This document shows positions 1-8,326 of a stretch of 64,000 bases of DNA, one piece after another. Source of the stretch: Balneolaceae bacterium (GTDB lineage Bacteria; Bacteroidota; Rhodothermia; Balneolales; Balneolaceae). The stretch spans positions 3,217 to 67,216 of the forward strand of contig RECI01000207.1 of the NCBI GenBank assembly GCA_007694095.1, given 5' to 3'. Made by a program: the position numbers and the translations under genes. Within the stretch, counting starts at the first letter, position 1. Every line of letters starts with the position of its first letter. The notes under the pieces are model-generated. The model had not been told where the DNA came from and searched no databases. It saw nothing but the letters and a program-made list of their open reading frames with translations.

Positions 1-86
1 TTTTTAGTTTTATCAAATTCATATACGTGTTTGAAAAGTTTTGTAGAGGTAACCAGCCCCACATAATTGAGTCTTATGTTAACGGG

Positions 87-1079
87 TTAAACCTCGGAAG
101 AACTTCGGATAATAAGTTCAGGATCGTGAACAAAATCACAGATCGTCGCATCTGGATTTCCAATCCGTTCTATCAGGTGCCTGGTAGCATGGTAGCCCAT
201 TTCGTACATAGGCTGGTGCACGGTTGTGAGGCCGATATATTCTGAGATGGATAGATTATCATAGCTTACCATGGGCAGAGTGATATTTTCATCATTCATG
301 GCTTTCAGTGCGCCAATCGCCTTGATATCCGATGAGCAAAAAACAGCTTCGGGCAGTGGATCTGAGTTCAGAATCTTCAGCATCGCTTCGTATCCACTTT
401 TCTCCGTAAAACCATCCCGGTCCATAGAGTTTCCTAAAATAACCCGGTTATTTGAAAAAGGAATACGAGATTCTAAAAGGGCATTTTTATACCCCTGGAG
501 TCTTTCTTTTACCGGTTTCGCACTTAATTTACCGGAAAGAAATACGATGTCGTGATAACCTTTTTTTAATAGATAGGCAGTTGCTTTATAACCGCCGGCT
601 ACATTGTCAAATCCAACAGAATCGTACAAGGGTGAAACATCATCCAGCAGGCTCAGAGGAACATTAAATCGTTTCAGTTTTTTTAACTCCTGATCGCTAA
701 GATGAAGGGAAACCAACAAATAACCGTCTGCCCACTGACGTTTCAGGATTTGTTCTACCTGTCGGAATACACCCAGTTCCTGGTTCACGTTTTGTATGGT
801 TAATTCGATGTTAAGATCAACCAGGATATCTTGAGTCCCTTTTAAGATTTCGGTAAAAAAATGGTTCGACATAACCGGAACCAGCATCATGATGCTGTTT
901 TTCTTTTTGCTGGCCAGTCTTTGCGCGTAGGCCTGGGGGTGATAGCCCATTTCATCAGCGATGCTGAGAATTTTTTGACGTGTAGACTCCTTAACAGTAT
1001 TTGAGCTGTTATACACCCGTGATACGGTTGCAATACTTACACCTGCAGCTTTTGCGATATCATAAATAGTTTTAGGCAA
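87..1079 (-). CDS. LacI-family transcriptional regulator
   Basis: N-terminal HTH TIYDIAKAAGVSIATVSRVYN, hinge AQRLASKK, periplasmic-binding-like C-domain ending LTTVHQPMYEMG; TTG start. Confidence 0.93.
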   Translation of the reverse strand: MPKTIYDIAKAAGVSIATVSRVYNSSNTVKESTRQKILSIADEMGYHPQAYAQRLASKKKNSIMMLVPVMSNHFFTEILKGTQDILVDLNIELTIQNVNQELGVFRQVEQILKRQWADGYLLVSLHLSDQELKKLKRFNVPLSLLDDVSPLYDSVGFDNVAGGYKATAYLLKKGYHDIVFLSGKLSAKPVKERLQGYKNALLESRIPFSNNRVILGNSMDRDGFTEKSGYEAMLKILNSDPLPEAVFCSSDIKAIGALKAMNDENITLPMVSYDNLSISEYIGLTTVHQPMYEMGYHATRHLIERIGNPDATICDFVHDPELIIRSSSEV

Positions 1080-1136
1080 AACAGTAAGATTAAAAGTAGG
1101 ATAGTTTTGGGCATTAATTCAGCTAAAGTATAAACT

Positions 1137-1187
1137 ATCGGTAACATCAAAAAAAAATCTTTTACAACGCACTCATTATCGTTGTAA
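1137..1187. promoter_or_regulatory. Possible degenerate LacI-type operator half-sites upstream of the regulator
   Basis: TTACAACG (1162-1169) and CGTTGTAA (1180-1187) form an inverted pair; a nearby TATCGGTAACA resembles a LacI half-site. Confidence 0.3.
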
Positions 1188-1198
1188 TAAACCGGAAT

Positions 1199-1236
1199 AA
1201 AAAAACCCACCCACTCAAAAAGAGCGAGTGGGTTTT
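1199..1236 (-). terminator. Intrinsic terminator after the SusF-like gene
   Basis: Stem ACCCACTC (1209-1216) / GAGTGGGT (1226-1233), 9-nt loop; the A-run at 1199-1205 gives a U-tract on the minus strand. Confidence 0.6.
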
Positions 1237-1261
1237 AATTTATTCCGGTTGAGATCAACAG

Positions 1262-2416
1262 TTAGTTGATGGCTCCTTCGCCGGTCCTGAAATTCAGGTC
1301 GATCGTATACTCCCGCGACTCTTCAAGATTTACGCGATCCTGATCGCCTCCTGAACCCCTGAATTCGATTTCATTATCGAATATCATGAATTCTGACTGC
1401 CACCAGTCTGTAAACCAGCCTTTGTCGAACCATGCATACATTCTGAGTTCTGCAGCTTCAAGTTCCCTTGTAATGGTAATGAGTTCATTTTCATTATCTA
1501 CGTCAAACAGGGCTCCTTCTGCAGCAGTATCCCAGCTTTCGATGGTGTCGCCGATGAGATAAACCTGCGGGGCTGTTACTGCGATTTCCTGTGTTTCCAC
1601 ATTTACTACAACCATATAGTAACCTGCTTCACCGTGCGCAGGAAGATTGTCGCCTCCGAAACTGTAAATTTCGTCAACAGGATCATTTCCGTCATAACCA
1701 AAATCGTTCTGCCATGCTCTTTGAGGGGCAAACTTGAAACCGCCATCGGCTTCAATCCAAACGATTTTCCAGAACAGGTTGGGTTTGCTGGCCACCGGTA
1801 TCATAGGAAGATTCACTTCATCCCAGTCCCAGCCTCCTACAGCATCCCCAATCATAAACAATTCTTCAAATGCGGGTGGTTCGGGTTCATCAATCATTGA
1901 TTGATCACCCCAGTCACTGAAATAGTCACCACCGGATACGATGTCAACCGTTCTGTTCGGGTCTCCTTCCCATTCACCATAACCCCAGGTTGGTTCACTT
2001 CCTGGAACAATAAAGAATTTAAACTGCTCCGGGCCTTCGGCAATTGTAATACCGGGCTCTGCACCCTCTCTTGTCAATTCAAGGTTTGCCTGTGATCCCG
2101 GTTCTGGCCAATCAACTAACGAACCGGCTATAAACACTTTATGGTTGTTTGGATTAAATGTAAACACACTTCCGGTAAAATCATCCGGCAGGTCGTCGCC
2201 CTCGATGGTAGCACCGTCCATATCAACGGAAAATGTAAATGTTCCGCCACCGTCAACATTAAATGTAATTGAATATACAGTTCCCAGGTCATCGCCATTG
2301 TCATCACCATTTGGCACATCGATAATAGGTATACTATCATCACTGCAAGAAAACATGGTGAAGGCTACGAGAACTGAAAACAGTAGTATGGTATACTTTT
2401 TCATATTCTTACTCAC
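1262..2416 (-). CDS. SusF/SusE-like outer-membrane glucan-binding lipoprotein
   Basis: Lipobox FSC followed by acidic SDD; CBM-like module (TFSVDM..VFIAGSL.DW..FKFF..W..NR); two SusE/F-type repeats (LFMIGDAVGGWDW, VYLIGDTIESWD, DWWQSEF..IEFRG). Confidence 0.8.
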   Translation of the reverse strand: MSKNMKKYTILLFSVLVAFTMFSCSDDSIPIIDVPNGDDNGDDLGTVYSITFNVDGGGTFTFSVDMDGATIEGDDLPDDFTGSVFTFNPNNHKVFIAGSLVDWPEPGSQANLELTREGAEPGITIAEGPEQFKFFIVPGSEPTWGYGEWEGDPNRTVDIVSGGDYFSDWGDQSMIDEPEPPAFEELFMIGDAVGGWDWDEVNLPMIPVASKPNLFWKIVWIEADGGFKFAPQRAWQNDFGYDGNDPVDEIYSFGGDNLPAHGEAGYYMVVVNVETQEIAVTAPQVYLIGDTIESWDTAAEGALFDVDNENELITITRELEAAELRMYAWFDKGWFTDWWQSEFMIFDNEIEFRGSGGDQDRVNLEESREYTIDLNFRTGEGAIN

Positions 2417-2465
2417 TTATTTTGAATTATATTGATAATTGATTATTAACAACTTACGTGTAATT

Positions 2466-2496
2466 TGTAAGCGCTTACTGTAAGCGCTTACAGTAA
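2466..2496. promoter_or_regulatory. Tandem LacI-family operator
   Basis: TGTAAGCGCTTAC occurs twice in tandem (2466-2478, 2479-2491); the second copy lies within a perfect 22-bp palindrome TTACTGTAAGCGCTTACAGTAA (2475-2496), about 50-80 bp upstream of the SusF-like start. Confidence 0.85.
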
Positions 2497-2552
2497 TATC
2501 TGAAAAAAATTCTCACAAATCAACAATTGAAATGTAAAATTTTGGATAAAAA

Positions 2553-2601
2553 GATGTGAAATCTGGATCTATACTGATGTGAAATCTGGATCTATACTGA
2601 T
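2553..2601. repeat. 23-bp tandem duplication
   Basis: GATGTGAAATCTGGATCTATACT at 2553-2575 and 2576-2598, plus a further GAT. Confidence 0.95.
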
Positions 2602-2621
2602 TTGTGTGGATAGAAGAAGCG

Positions 2622-2811
2622 GGATACTGGATCGAACAGATCAGAGATCGTATATCTGAGATCAATCAGTCCGGTGAGGGATGGAGTGTGAGGGAGAGAG
2701 GAAGTGGCGGCGTTGGGTGAATAGGTACAATAACCGGAATTCGTCAGTCGGCAAATGCAGCCGACAGACGAGGTGACCCCGCAACCCGCATCCGGTATCC
2801 GGTATCACATT
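2622..2811. repeat. Heptamer-register intergenic element with an internal hairpin
   Basis: 7-nt units GGATACT GGATCGA ACAGATC AGAGATC GTATATC TGAGATC (2622-2663) and CCCCGCA ACCCGCA TCCGGTA TCCGGTA (2777-2804); hairpin TCGTCAGTCGGC..GCCGACAGACGA (2741-2771). Confidence 0.45.
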
Positions 2812-2813
2812 TC

Positions 2814-4049
2814 TTAAAATGAAAACAACTCACGGTTTTTTGAGTAGTTTTTCTTGATGTAGTCGTCAAGCATTTTCCTGAATTCTGCTCCTATATTATC
2901 ACCCCGAAGTGTTGAATGGTGCTCACCGTCGATATATACCGGTGCTTTAGGCTCTTCAAAAGTACCGGGCAAAGAAATACCGATATTTGCATGACGCGAT
3001 TCCCCGGGGCCGTTTACAACACATCCCATCACGGCTACATCCATCTCTTCCACACCTGGGTACATTTCTCTCCAGATCGGCATCATTTCTACGACATAGT
3101 TTTGAATTTCGTCAGCAAGTTCCTGGAAATAGGTGCTTTTGGTGCGTCCACAGCCAGGACAGGCAGTTACCTGAGGGATAAAGCTTCGTATGCCAAGTGA
3201 TTGCAAAATTTGCTGGCAAATGCGTACCTCCTCTGCCCTGTCGGCACCGGGCATTGGTGTAAGTGACACCCGGATGGTATCCCCGATTCCTTTTTGAAGA
3301 AGAACGGCAAGGGCAACTGAACTGGCAACGGTACCCTTCATGCCCATTCCGGCTTCCGTTAATCCCAGGTGAAGTGCATAGGGTACAACATCAGCAATTC
3401 TCTGGTATACATTGATCAGATCCTGAACACCGCTCATTTTGCAGCTCACGATAATTTTATCCGGCGGCAACCCTACATCCTCAGCCAGGGCAGTTGATCT
3501 CCGTGCGCTTTCAACCATTGTATCAAGCATCACTTCTTTGGCTGATTTTGGATGCGAAAGGGCATTATTGGCATCCATATATTGTGCCAAAAGCTGCTGA
3601 TCGAGTGAACCCCAGTTCACTCCGATACGAACCGGTTTGTCGTATCTAATTGCCTGTTCAACAATGGTGCAGAAGTTTTCGTCCCTTGCTTTGGTACCGG
3701 TATTTCCGGGATTAATCCTGAATTTGGCGAGCGATTTTGCCATATCAGGGTATTTCGTCAGGAGCAGATGGCCATTGTAATGAAAATCTCCAATAACAGG
3801 TACGGTAACCCCCCTGTTCAACAATTTTTCTTTGATATATGGTACAGCCTTAGCTGCCGAATCATTATTTACGGTTATCCTGACCAACTCAGACCCGGCC
3901 TGATTCAGGTGATCAATCTGGTCAACGGTTTCATCAATATCGGCTGTGTCTGTGTTCGTCATCGACTGAACAACAATTGGATTGTCACCACCTACAACAA
4001 CTTCACCAATGGTTACGGGAATGGATTTTCTTCGGGATATAGTGATCAT
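2814..4049 (-). CDS. ispG: (E)-4-hydroxy-3-methylbut-2-enyl-diphosphate synthase
   Basis: [58 protein letters not shown] and [10 protein letters not shown] motifs. Confidence 0.97.
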   Translation of the reverse strand: MITISRRKSIPVTIGEVVVGGDNPIVVQSMTNTDTADIDETVDQIDHLNQAGSELVRITVNNDSAAKAVPYIKEKLLNRGVTVPVIGDFHYNGHLLLTKYPDMAKSLAKFRINPGNTGTKARDENFCTIVEQAIRYDKPVRIGVNWGSLDQQLLAQYMDANNALSHPKSAKEVMLDTMVESARRSTALAEDVGLPPDKIIVSCKMSGVQDLINVYQRIADVVPYALHLGLTEAGMGMKGTVASSVALAVLLQKGIGDTIRVSLTPMPGADRAEEVRICQQILQSLGIRSFIPQVTACPGCGRTKSTYFQELADEIQNYVVEMMPIWREMYPGVEEMDVAVMGCVVNGPGESRHANIGISLPGTFEEPKAPVYIDGEHHSTLRGDNIGAEFRKMLDDYIKKNYSKNRELFSF

Positions 4050-4081
4050 TTTTTGAATTTTATTTAAATGAAAATATTAAG

Positions 4082-4528
4082 AATCTGAAGCACCAAATCT
4101 CAAGCACCAAATCTCAAACGATCTTAGACTTATCTATTTTGTGTTTCCTAAAATTGCTGAAAAAATTAGTTTCAATTCTTCTGCCTCAACAGATAACGAT
4201 GTTATTTCATTTTGCAGATTGCGATTTGATTCGAATAACAAATCTAACCAGTATTTTGATTCCTTTGATTCTTTCCTGCATATTTTAATTCGATACCGGA
4301 AGTCTTTTTTACTTAAAGCTTCATTTGCTTCGATATAATTTGCTCCAATTGATCCAGATGAACGAATCAATTGTTTACAATCTTCAACGTTTATGAGTGT
4401 TAGTTTTATTTGTTTAACCAGTAACCGGCAATTTTTCGCAAAAATAAATGTACGCTCTTCCAGATCATAGTTCCCATTTCTCATCTTGTTTGTATTTCTG
4501 AATGTTTGACATTTGGTGCTTGATATTT
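4082..4528. mobile_element. Four-helix-bundle (IVS-like) cassette bounded by heptamer-register inverted repeats
   Basis: AAATCTCAAGCACCAAATCTCAAAC (4095-4119) versus the reverse complement of 4504-4528 (AAATATCAAGCACCAAATGTCAAAC), 23/25 identical, enclosing one ORF. Mobility is inferred; no transposase is present. Confidence 0.55.
4134..4484 (-). CDS. Four helix bundle protein (23S rRNA IVS-protein / Avd-like fold family)
   Basis: DLEERTFIFA, QLIRSSGSIGANYIEANE, KDFRYRIKICRKESKESKYWL, EAEELKLIFSAI. Confidence 0.92.
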   Translation of the reverse strand: MRNGNYDLEERTFIFAKNCRLLVKQIKLTLINVEDCKQLIRSSGSIGANYIEANEALSKKDFRYRIKICRKESKESKYWLDLLFESNRNLQNEITSLSVEAEELKLIFSAILGNTK

Positions 4529-4537
4529 GTTTTTTTC

Positions 4538-5410
4538 TTAGTTTCTCTTGCTTAGTTCAAACAGTTTTCTTTTCTCTTCTGCAGTGAGGCCATCGTAACC
4601 CTCTCTTGATATTTTTTCGAGGATTTTATCCAGTTCTTCCTGGCCGCCCTTTTCATCAATCACTTCTACATCGCTCACGGAATACATATTTTTATTTTTG
4701 GCCCTTTTCTTTTCCTTTTTTGGTGTTTCTTTCCATAATCTTTCCAGTGGCCGAACATATTTTGAAAGATCATGGCCACCGTAGTGAGCTTTTATTATCA
4801 AATAACCAATACCGGCACCTCCCAGGTGAACAAGCCTCGCAACACCATCACCTGCCCCTATGAATAAAACATCAAAAACTATCAGGCCGGCAACCACAAA
4901 ACGGGCTTCAATAGGTGGCAAAAAGATCAGCATGATAGGAGCCCTGGGGAACATATAGGCAAAAGCAACCATCACCCCGAAAACAGCGCCTGAGGCACCG
5001 ATCACTAAATTGGTTCCATATAGAAATGAAAAAGCGATATGGAAAAATGCCCCTCCTATCCCTGCACCAAAAAACAGCACTGCAAAGCTTCTTGGCCCGA
5101 TCGATTCTTCGACCGAACGGCCCATCCACCATAACCAAAGCATATTGAACAGCAGGTGGAACCCTCCTCCATGCAGAAACATATAGGTAACGAATCTCCA
5201 TGGTTGTGTAATTGATTTCCAAAGTGAAGGATCAAATGCCAGGTATTGAACAAAATGCCGGTTAATGCTCTGACCGCCAATTTGGATGTTGCCAATAACA
5301 ACCTGCAGGATAAAAATAATCACATTTATCGCGATGATTGTCCGGATTACCGGTGGAATCCTCATGAAACCACGTTTAAATGCGCTGCCAAAAGACTCTT
5401 GCTGATACAT
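4538..5410 (-). CDS. Rhomboid intramembrane serine protease with a soluble C-terminal extension
   Basis: QPWRFVTYMFLH, HLLFNMLWLWWMG, GASGA, VHLGG; C-terminal ELDKILEKISREGYDGLTAEEKRKL. Confidence 0.92.
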   Translation of the reverse strand: MYQQESFGSAFKRGFMRIPPVIRTIIAINVIIFILQVVIGNIQIGGQSINRHFVQYLAFDPSLWKSITQPWRFVTYMFLHGGGFHLLFNMLWLWWMGRSVEESIGPRSFAVLFFGAGIGGAFFHIAFSFLYGTNLVIGASGAVFGVMVAFAYMFPRAPIMLIFLPPIEARFVVAGLIVFDVLFIGAGDGVARLVHLGGAGIGYLIIKAHYGGHDLSKYVRPLERLWKETPKKEKKRAKNKNMYSVSDVEVIDEKGGQEELDKILEKISREGYDGLTAEEKRKLFELSKRN

Positions 5411-5442
5411 GAGACAATTAATTGAATAGTGGCATAGGGTGA

Positions 5443-6075
5443 TTAATAGTACTGGCTGTTTTCGCTTTTAAGCCCCCAATATTTAATCAGCAGAAAGCCG
5501 ATCACCATACCTCCAAGGTGTGCAAAATGGGCAATTCCGCTGTCGGGACGCATGATTCCGGAGAAAAGCTCAATTGCACCAAATATAGCGACAAAATATT
5601 TTGCCTTGATGGGAATAGGTGGTATCAGTAAAATGATATACCTGTCAGGGAACATCATGCCGAACGCAATCAAGATCCCAAAAACCGCACCTGAAGCTCC
5701 GACGGTTGGCGCTCCTGTACCGCTGATCCACATATGCAGTAATGCCGCCCCAATTCCGGTTAAAAAATAGTAAATCGTAAATCGCTTTGTACCCCAGTAG
5801 TTTTCAATCCCCTGACCAAATATCCAAAGAGCAAAAAGATTGAATAATACGTGACCAAAACCTGCATGCAAAAACATATAGGTTATCAATTGCCACGGTG
5901 CAAACATTCCTGAACCAATTGGCCACAGAGCACCATATTGAATCAGAAAGTTACCCATCACAGGATTTGTGAGAGCAAAAAATACGAGAAGATTAACAAT
6001 CAGCAGATGTTTTACCGCCGGTGGAAAAATGGAAAAACTTGTATTGGGTGAATAATTATCGCCTTGGTAATTCAA
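5443..6075 (-). CDS. Rhomboid intramembrane serine protease
   Basis: PWQLITYMFLH, HVLFNLFALWIFG, GASGA, AHFAHLGG; TTG start overlaps the upstream TGA. Confidence 0.93.
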   Translation of the reverse strand: MNYQGDNYSPNTSFSIFPPAVKHLLIVNLLVFFALTNPVMGNFLIQYGALWPIGSGMFAPWQLITYMFLHAGFGHVLFNLFALWIFGQGIENYWGTKRFTIYYFLTGIGAALLHMWISGTGAPTVGASGAVFGILIAFGMMFPDRYIILLIPPIPIKAKYFVAIFGAIELFSGIMRPDSGIAHFAHLGGMVIGFLLIKYWGLKSENSQYY

Positions 6076-7580
6076 TGATTCGAAAAATTTCTTAAATGTT
6101 TTACTGCCCTTAAATATACGTTAAACCCGCTTAAAGTTACGCCTGGAATTCCTTGTCCCGGGAAAACAGTATCACCGCAAAGAAAGAGTCCGGGAAACGG
6201 AGTCTGATTGGGTGTCCAGTTGAGAAGTGAACGCGACATACTTTGTGGAATTCCGCCAACCCTTCCCTTTTTACGGTAAACCCAGTTATTCCAGGTTACA
6301 GGGGTAGACGAAAATACCATTTTTATTGTTGCGTTTGAAAATCCAGGAAGTTTATGCCGCAATAATTCGATAATTGCATCCTGTGTTCTGTTTTTGACCG
6401 CTTCGTATTTGCCATTCAGACCAAACCAGTAATCTGGCAAAGCGTGTGCTGAAACATTTAAAACCCGGTCTCCGGCCTTGGCGCGAATTCTGTCATTATT
6501 ATCAGAAAAGGATACAAATACAGAGCCGGAATCAAGCCCATCCACACCAGCGGCATCATTCTCAAAATGTAACTGGTGGTGCAGGCTCATGTCGCCCGGA
6601 TAAACATCATCAGTAACCACTCCCATTGTAAATGCACCCCATGCTTTATCATACTTTGACGATTCACGGTAAAAATATTCTGAAATATCCCCGGAAGTGA
6701 GTCTGCCCATATTCCAAACCGGAAGATTTGAAATTACTGCAGAAGCGCTGTATTCACGTCCTTTCTGTGTCATTACTTTGTATTTCGCCCCATCCTTATC
6801 AATAGAAAGTACCCCTTCTTTTGTCTTCACTTGACCGCCCTTCTCATTTATGAAATGTGTGAGGGTATTCACCATTTCAATAAGGCCGCCCGGTACGTAA
6901 TAATTTGTGTAATTTGTATAAGTCATCGCAGGTGCACCAAACAAGAAAGGTGTGTCGGATGAAGGTGCCTGGGAAGAAATCATCAGTTGTTCATCCAGAA
7001 ACCGGAAAAAATCCGGATTGGAAATACCCATGCTGATTGCAGTTTCACGAACCGATCTAAAGGCATAAGGGAGTACCCAGACATCCATAGGGTTATTCCA
7101 TAACAGTTTTAACCAGTCTCTCTTTTCAATTGGCGGAAAAAAATTGTTCTTCGCCGAAACTTTCCATACAACATCTGAGACCTGATAAGAAAGTTTCCAA
7201 AACATTTCTTGCTCTGCCGGTTCACCAAAATGTTTAATGATTTCCCGGATCCATTTTTTACGATCTTGCCAGCGAATAATTTTTTTACCATCCATATAAA
7301 CAGTCATGGAAGGCTCAATTTTCTCTTTTGGAATTATAATACCAAGTTTTGATTCGAGTAGCCGGAGCGGTTGATTATCGTCAAACCCGATCAATGTGGT
7401 AGCGCCTGACTCGAAAATATACCCCTTCCTGAAATAAGATGAGCTGCAGCCCCCTGCAGCATGTGCCTTTTCCAGCAGCAGAACAGAATATCCGTCATTT
7501 GCAAGAAAACAAGCCGCACTCAGCCCGCCCATTCCGGCTCCGGCAATAATAACCTCATAATCGTTTTCACTTTTTATCAT
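6072..7580 (-). CDS. Phytoene desaturase-family FAD oxidoreductase (CrtD/CrtI-like)
   Basis: IIAGAGMGGLSAA dinucleotide fold, AGGCSS..FESGAT, YYVPGGL, C-terminal GLFLCGDTVFPGQGIPGV. Exact substrate not determinable. Confidence 0.75.
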   Translation of the reverse strand: MIKSENDYEVIIAGAGMGGLSAACFLANDGYSVLLLEKAHAAGGCSSSYFRKGYIFESGATTLIGFDDNQPLRLLESKLGIIIPKEKIEPSMTVYMDGKKIIRWQDRKKWIREIIKHFGEPAEQEMFWKLSYQVSDVVWKVSAKNNFFPPIEKRDWLKLLWNNPMDVWVLPYAFRSVRETAISMGISNPDFFRFLDEQLMISSQAPSSDTPFLFGAPAMTYTNYTNYYVPGGLIEMVNTLTHFINEKGGQVKTKEGVLSIDKDGAKYKVMTQKGREYSASAVISNLPVWNMGRLTSGDISEYFYRESSKYDKAWGAFTMGVVTDDVYPGDMSLHHQLHFENDAAGVDGLDSGSVFVSFSDNNDRIRAKAGDRVLNVSAHALPDYWFGLNGKYEAVKNRTQDAIIELLRHKLPGFSNATIKMVFSSTPVTWNNWVYRKKGRVGGIPQSMSRSLLNWTPNQTPFPGLFLCGDTVFPGQGIPGVTLSGFNVYLRAVKHLRNFSNH

Positions 7581-7888
7581 AAGCAGTTAAACAACTAAAA
7601 CTGCCGGTTGGTTCACTATCAATACAACTCTTTTTCGGTGTTAGATATAAGTGTGAGAAGTTTTTAGCAAATCAGATCAGACGGATATAAAGACTTAGAA
7701 TTGCTTGCCTATACACAAAGTGACTATGGCCTGTGTTGACTGGTTTCTAAATCTAATCATGATGGCACTCATTGGAAATATCGACCAGAAAGTCATAAAA
7801 AATATTATTCATTCATTTTATCAATGGCACCAGCATGTTCATGAAAATAAAAAAATAATCTTCTGACGAAAAATCGGGTATATCGGTA

Positions 7889-7920
7889 ATTATCGATTTG
7901 AAAATACAGATTATCGATTT
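7889..7920. promoter_or_regulatory. 11-bp direct repeat with 21-bp period (LytTR-site-like geometry)
   Basis: ATTATCGATTT at 7889-7899 and 7910-7920, in the AT-rich divergent intergenic region. Confidence 0.3.
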
Positions 7921-8326
7921 TCTGCCAACACATGATACTATTATAAATACATGAAATCGTGATATATAAACTGTAATGAATAACAATTTATATATCTATT
8001 TTTGTATACATTTTTGAAATATTTATAAACAAGTTATCTAATATTGATTATTTACGAAATATATCTCTATAGACTTCACAATTCAGACTAGCTTATCTTT
8101 TAATGTCTGTATTTATATACATTCCAATTTATAACTACCTTGCCTTTTATTATTAAAACAAAATTTATGTCTAATTTATAAATATAAATTAATTCATAAT
8201 CTTTTTACAATAGATTTTTAAATTTAATTTTACACATAATTTTATATTAATTTTTTTAATAATTATTCAAATCCGTTCATAATGAGGCCCATTTATCTCC
8301 CAAATACTAACTGAACTTGTATCAAG

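Noticed and set aside
1-22. Possible start of a minus-strand gene (ATG AAT TTG ATA AAA CTA AAA) running out of the window
   Set aside because: Only seven codons are visible, so it cannot be supported or identified.
4134-4484. Diversity-generating retroelement (Avd-like gene)
   Set aside because: No reverse transcriptase and no TR/VR repeat pair in the window.
7600-8320. Pseudogene in the AT-rich intergenic region
   Set aside because: Manual translation of the segments I tried gave only short stop-riddled frames with no recognisable family.
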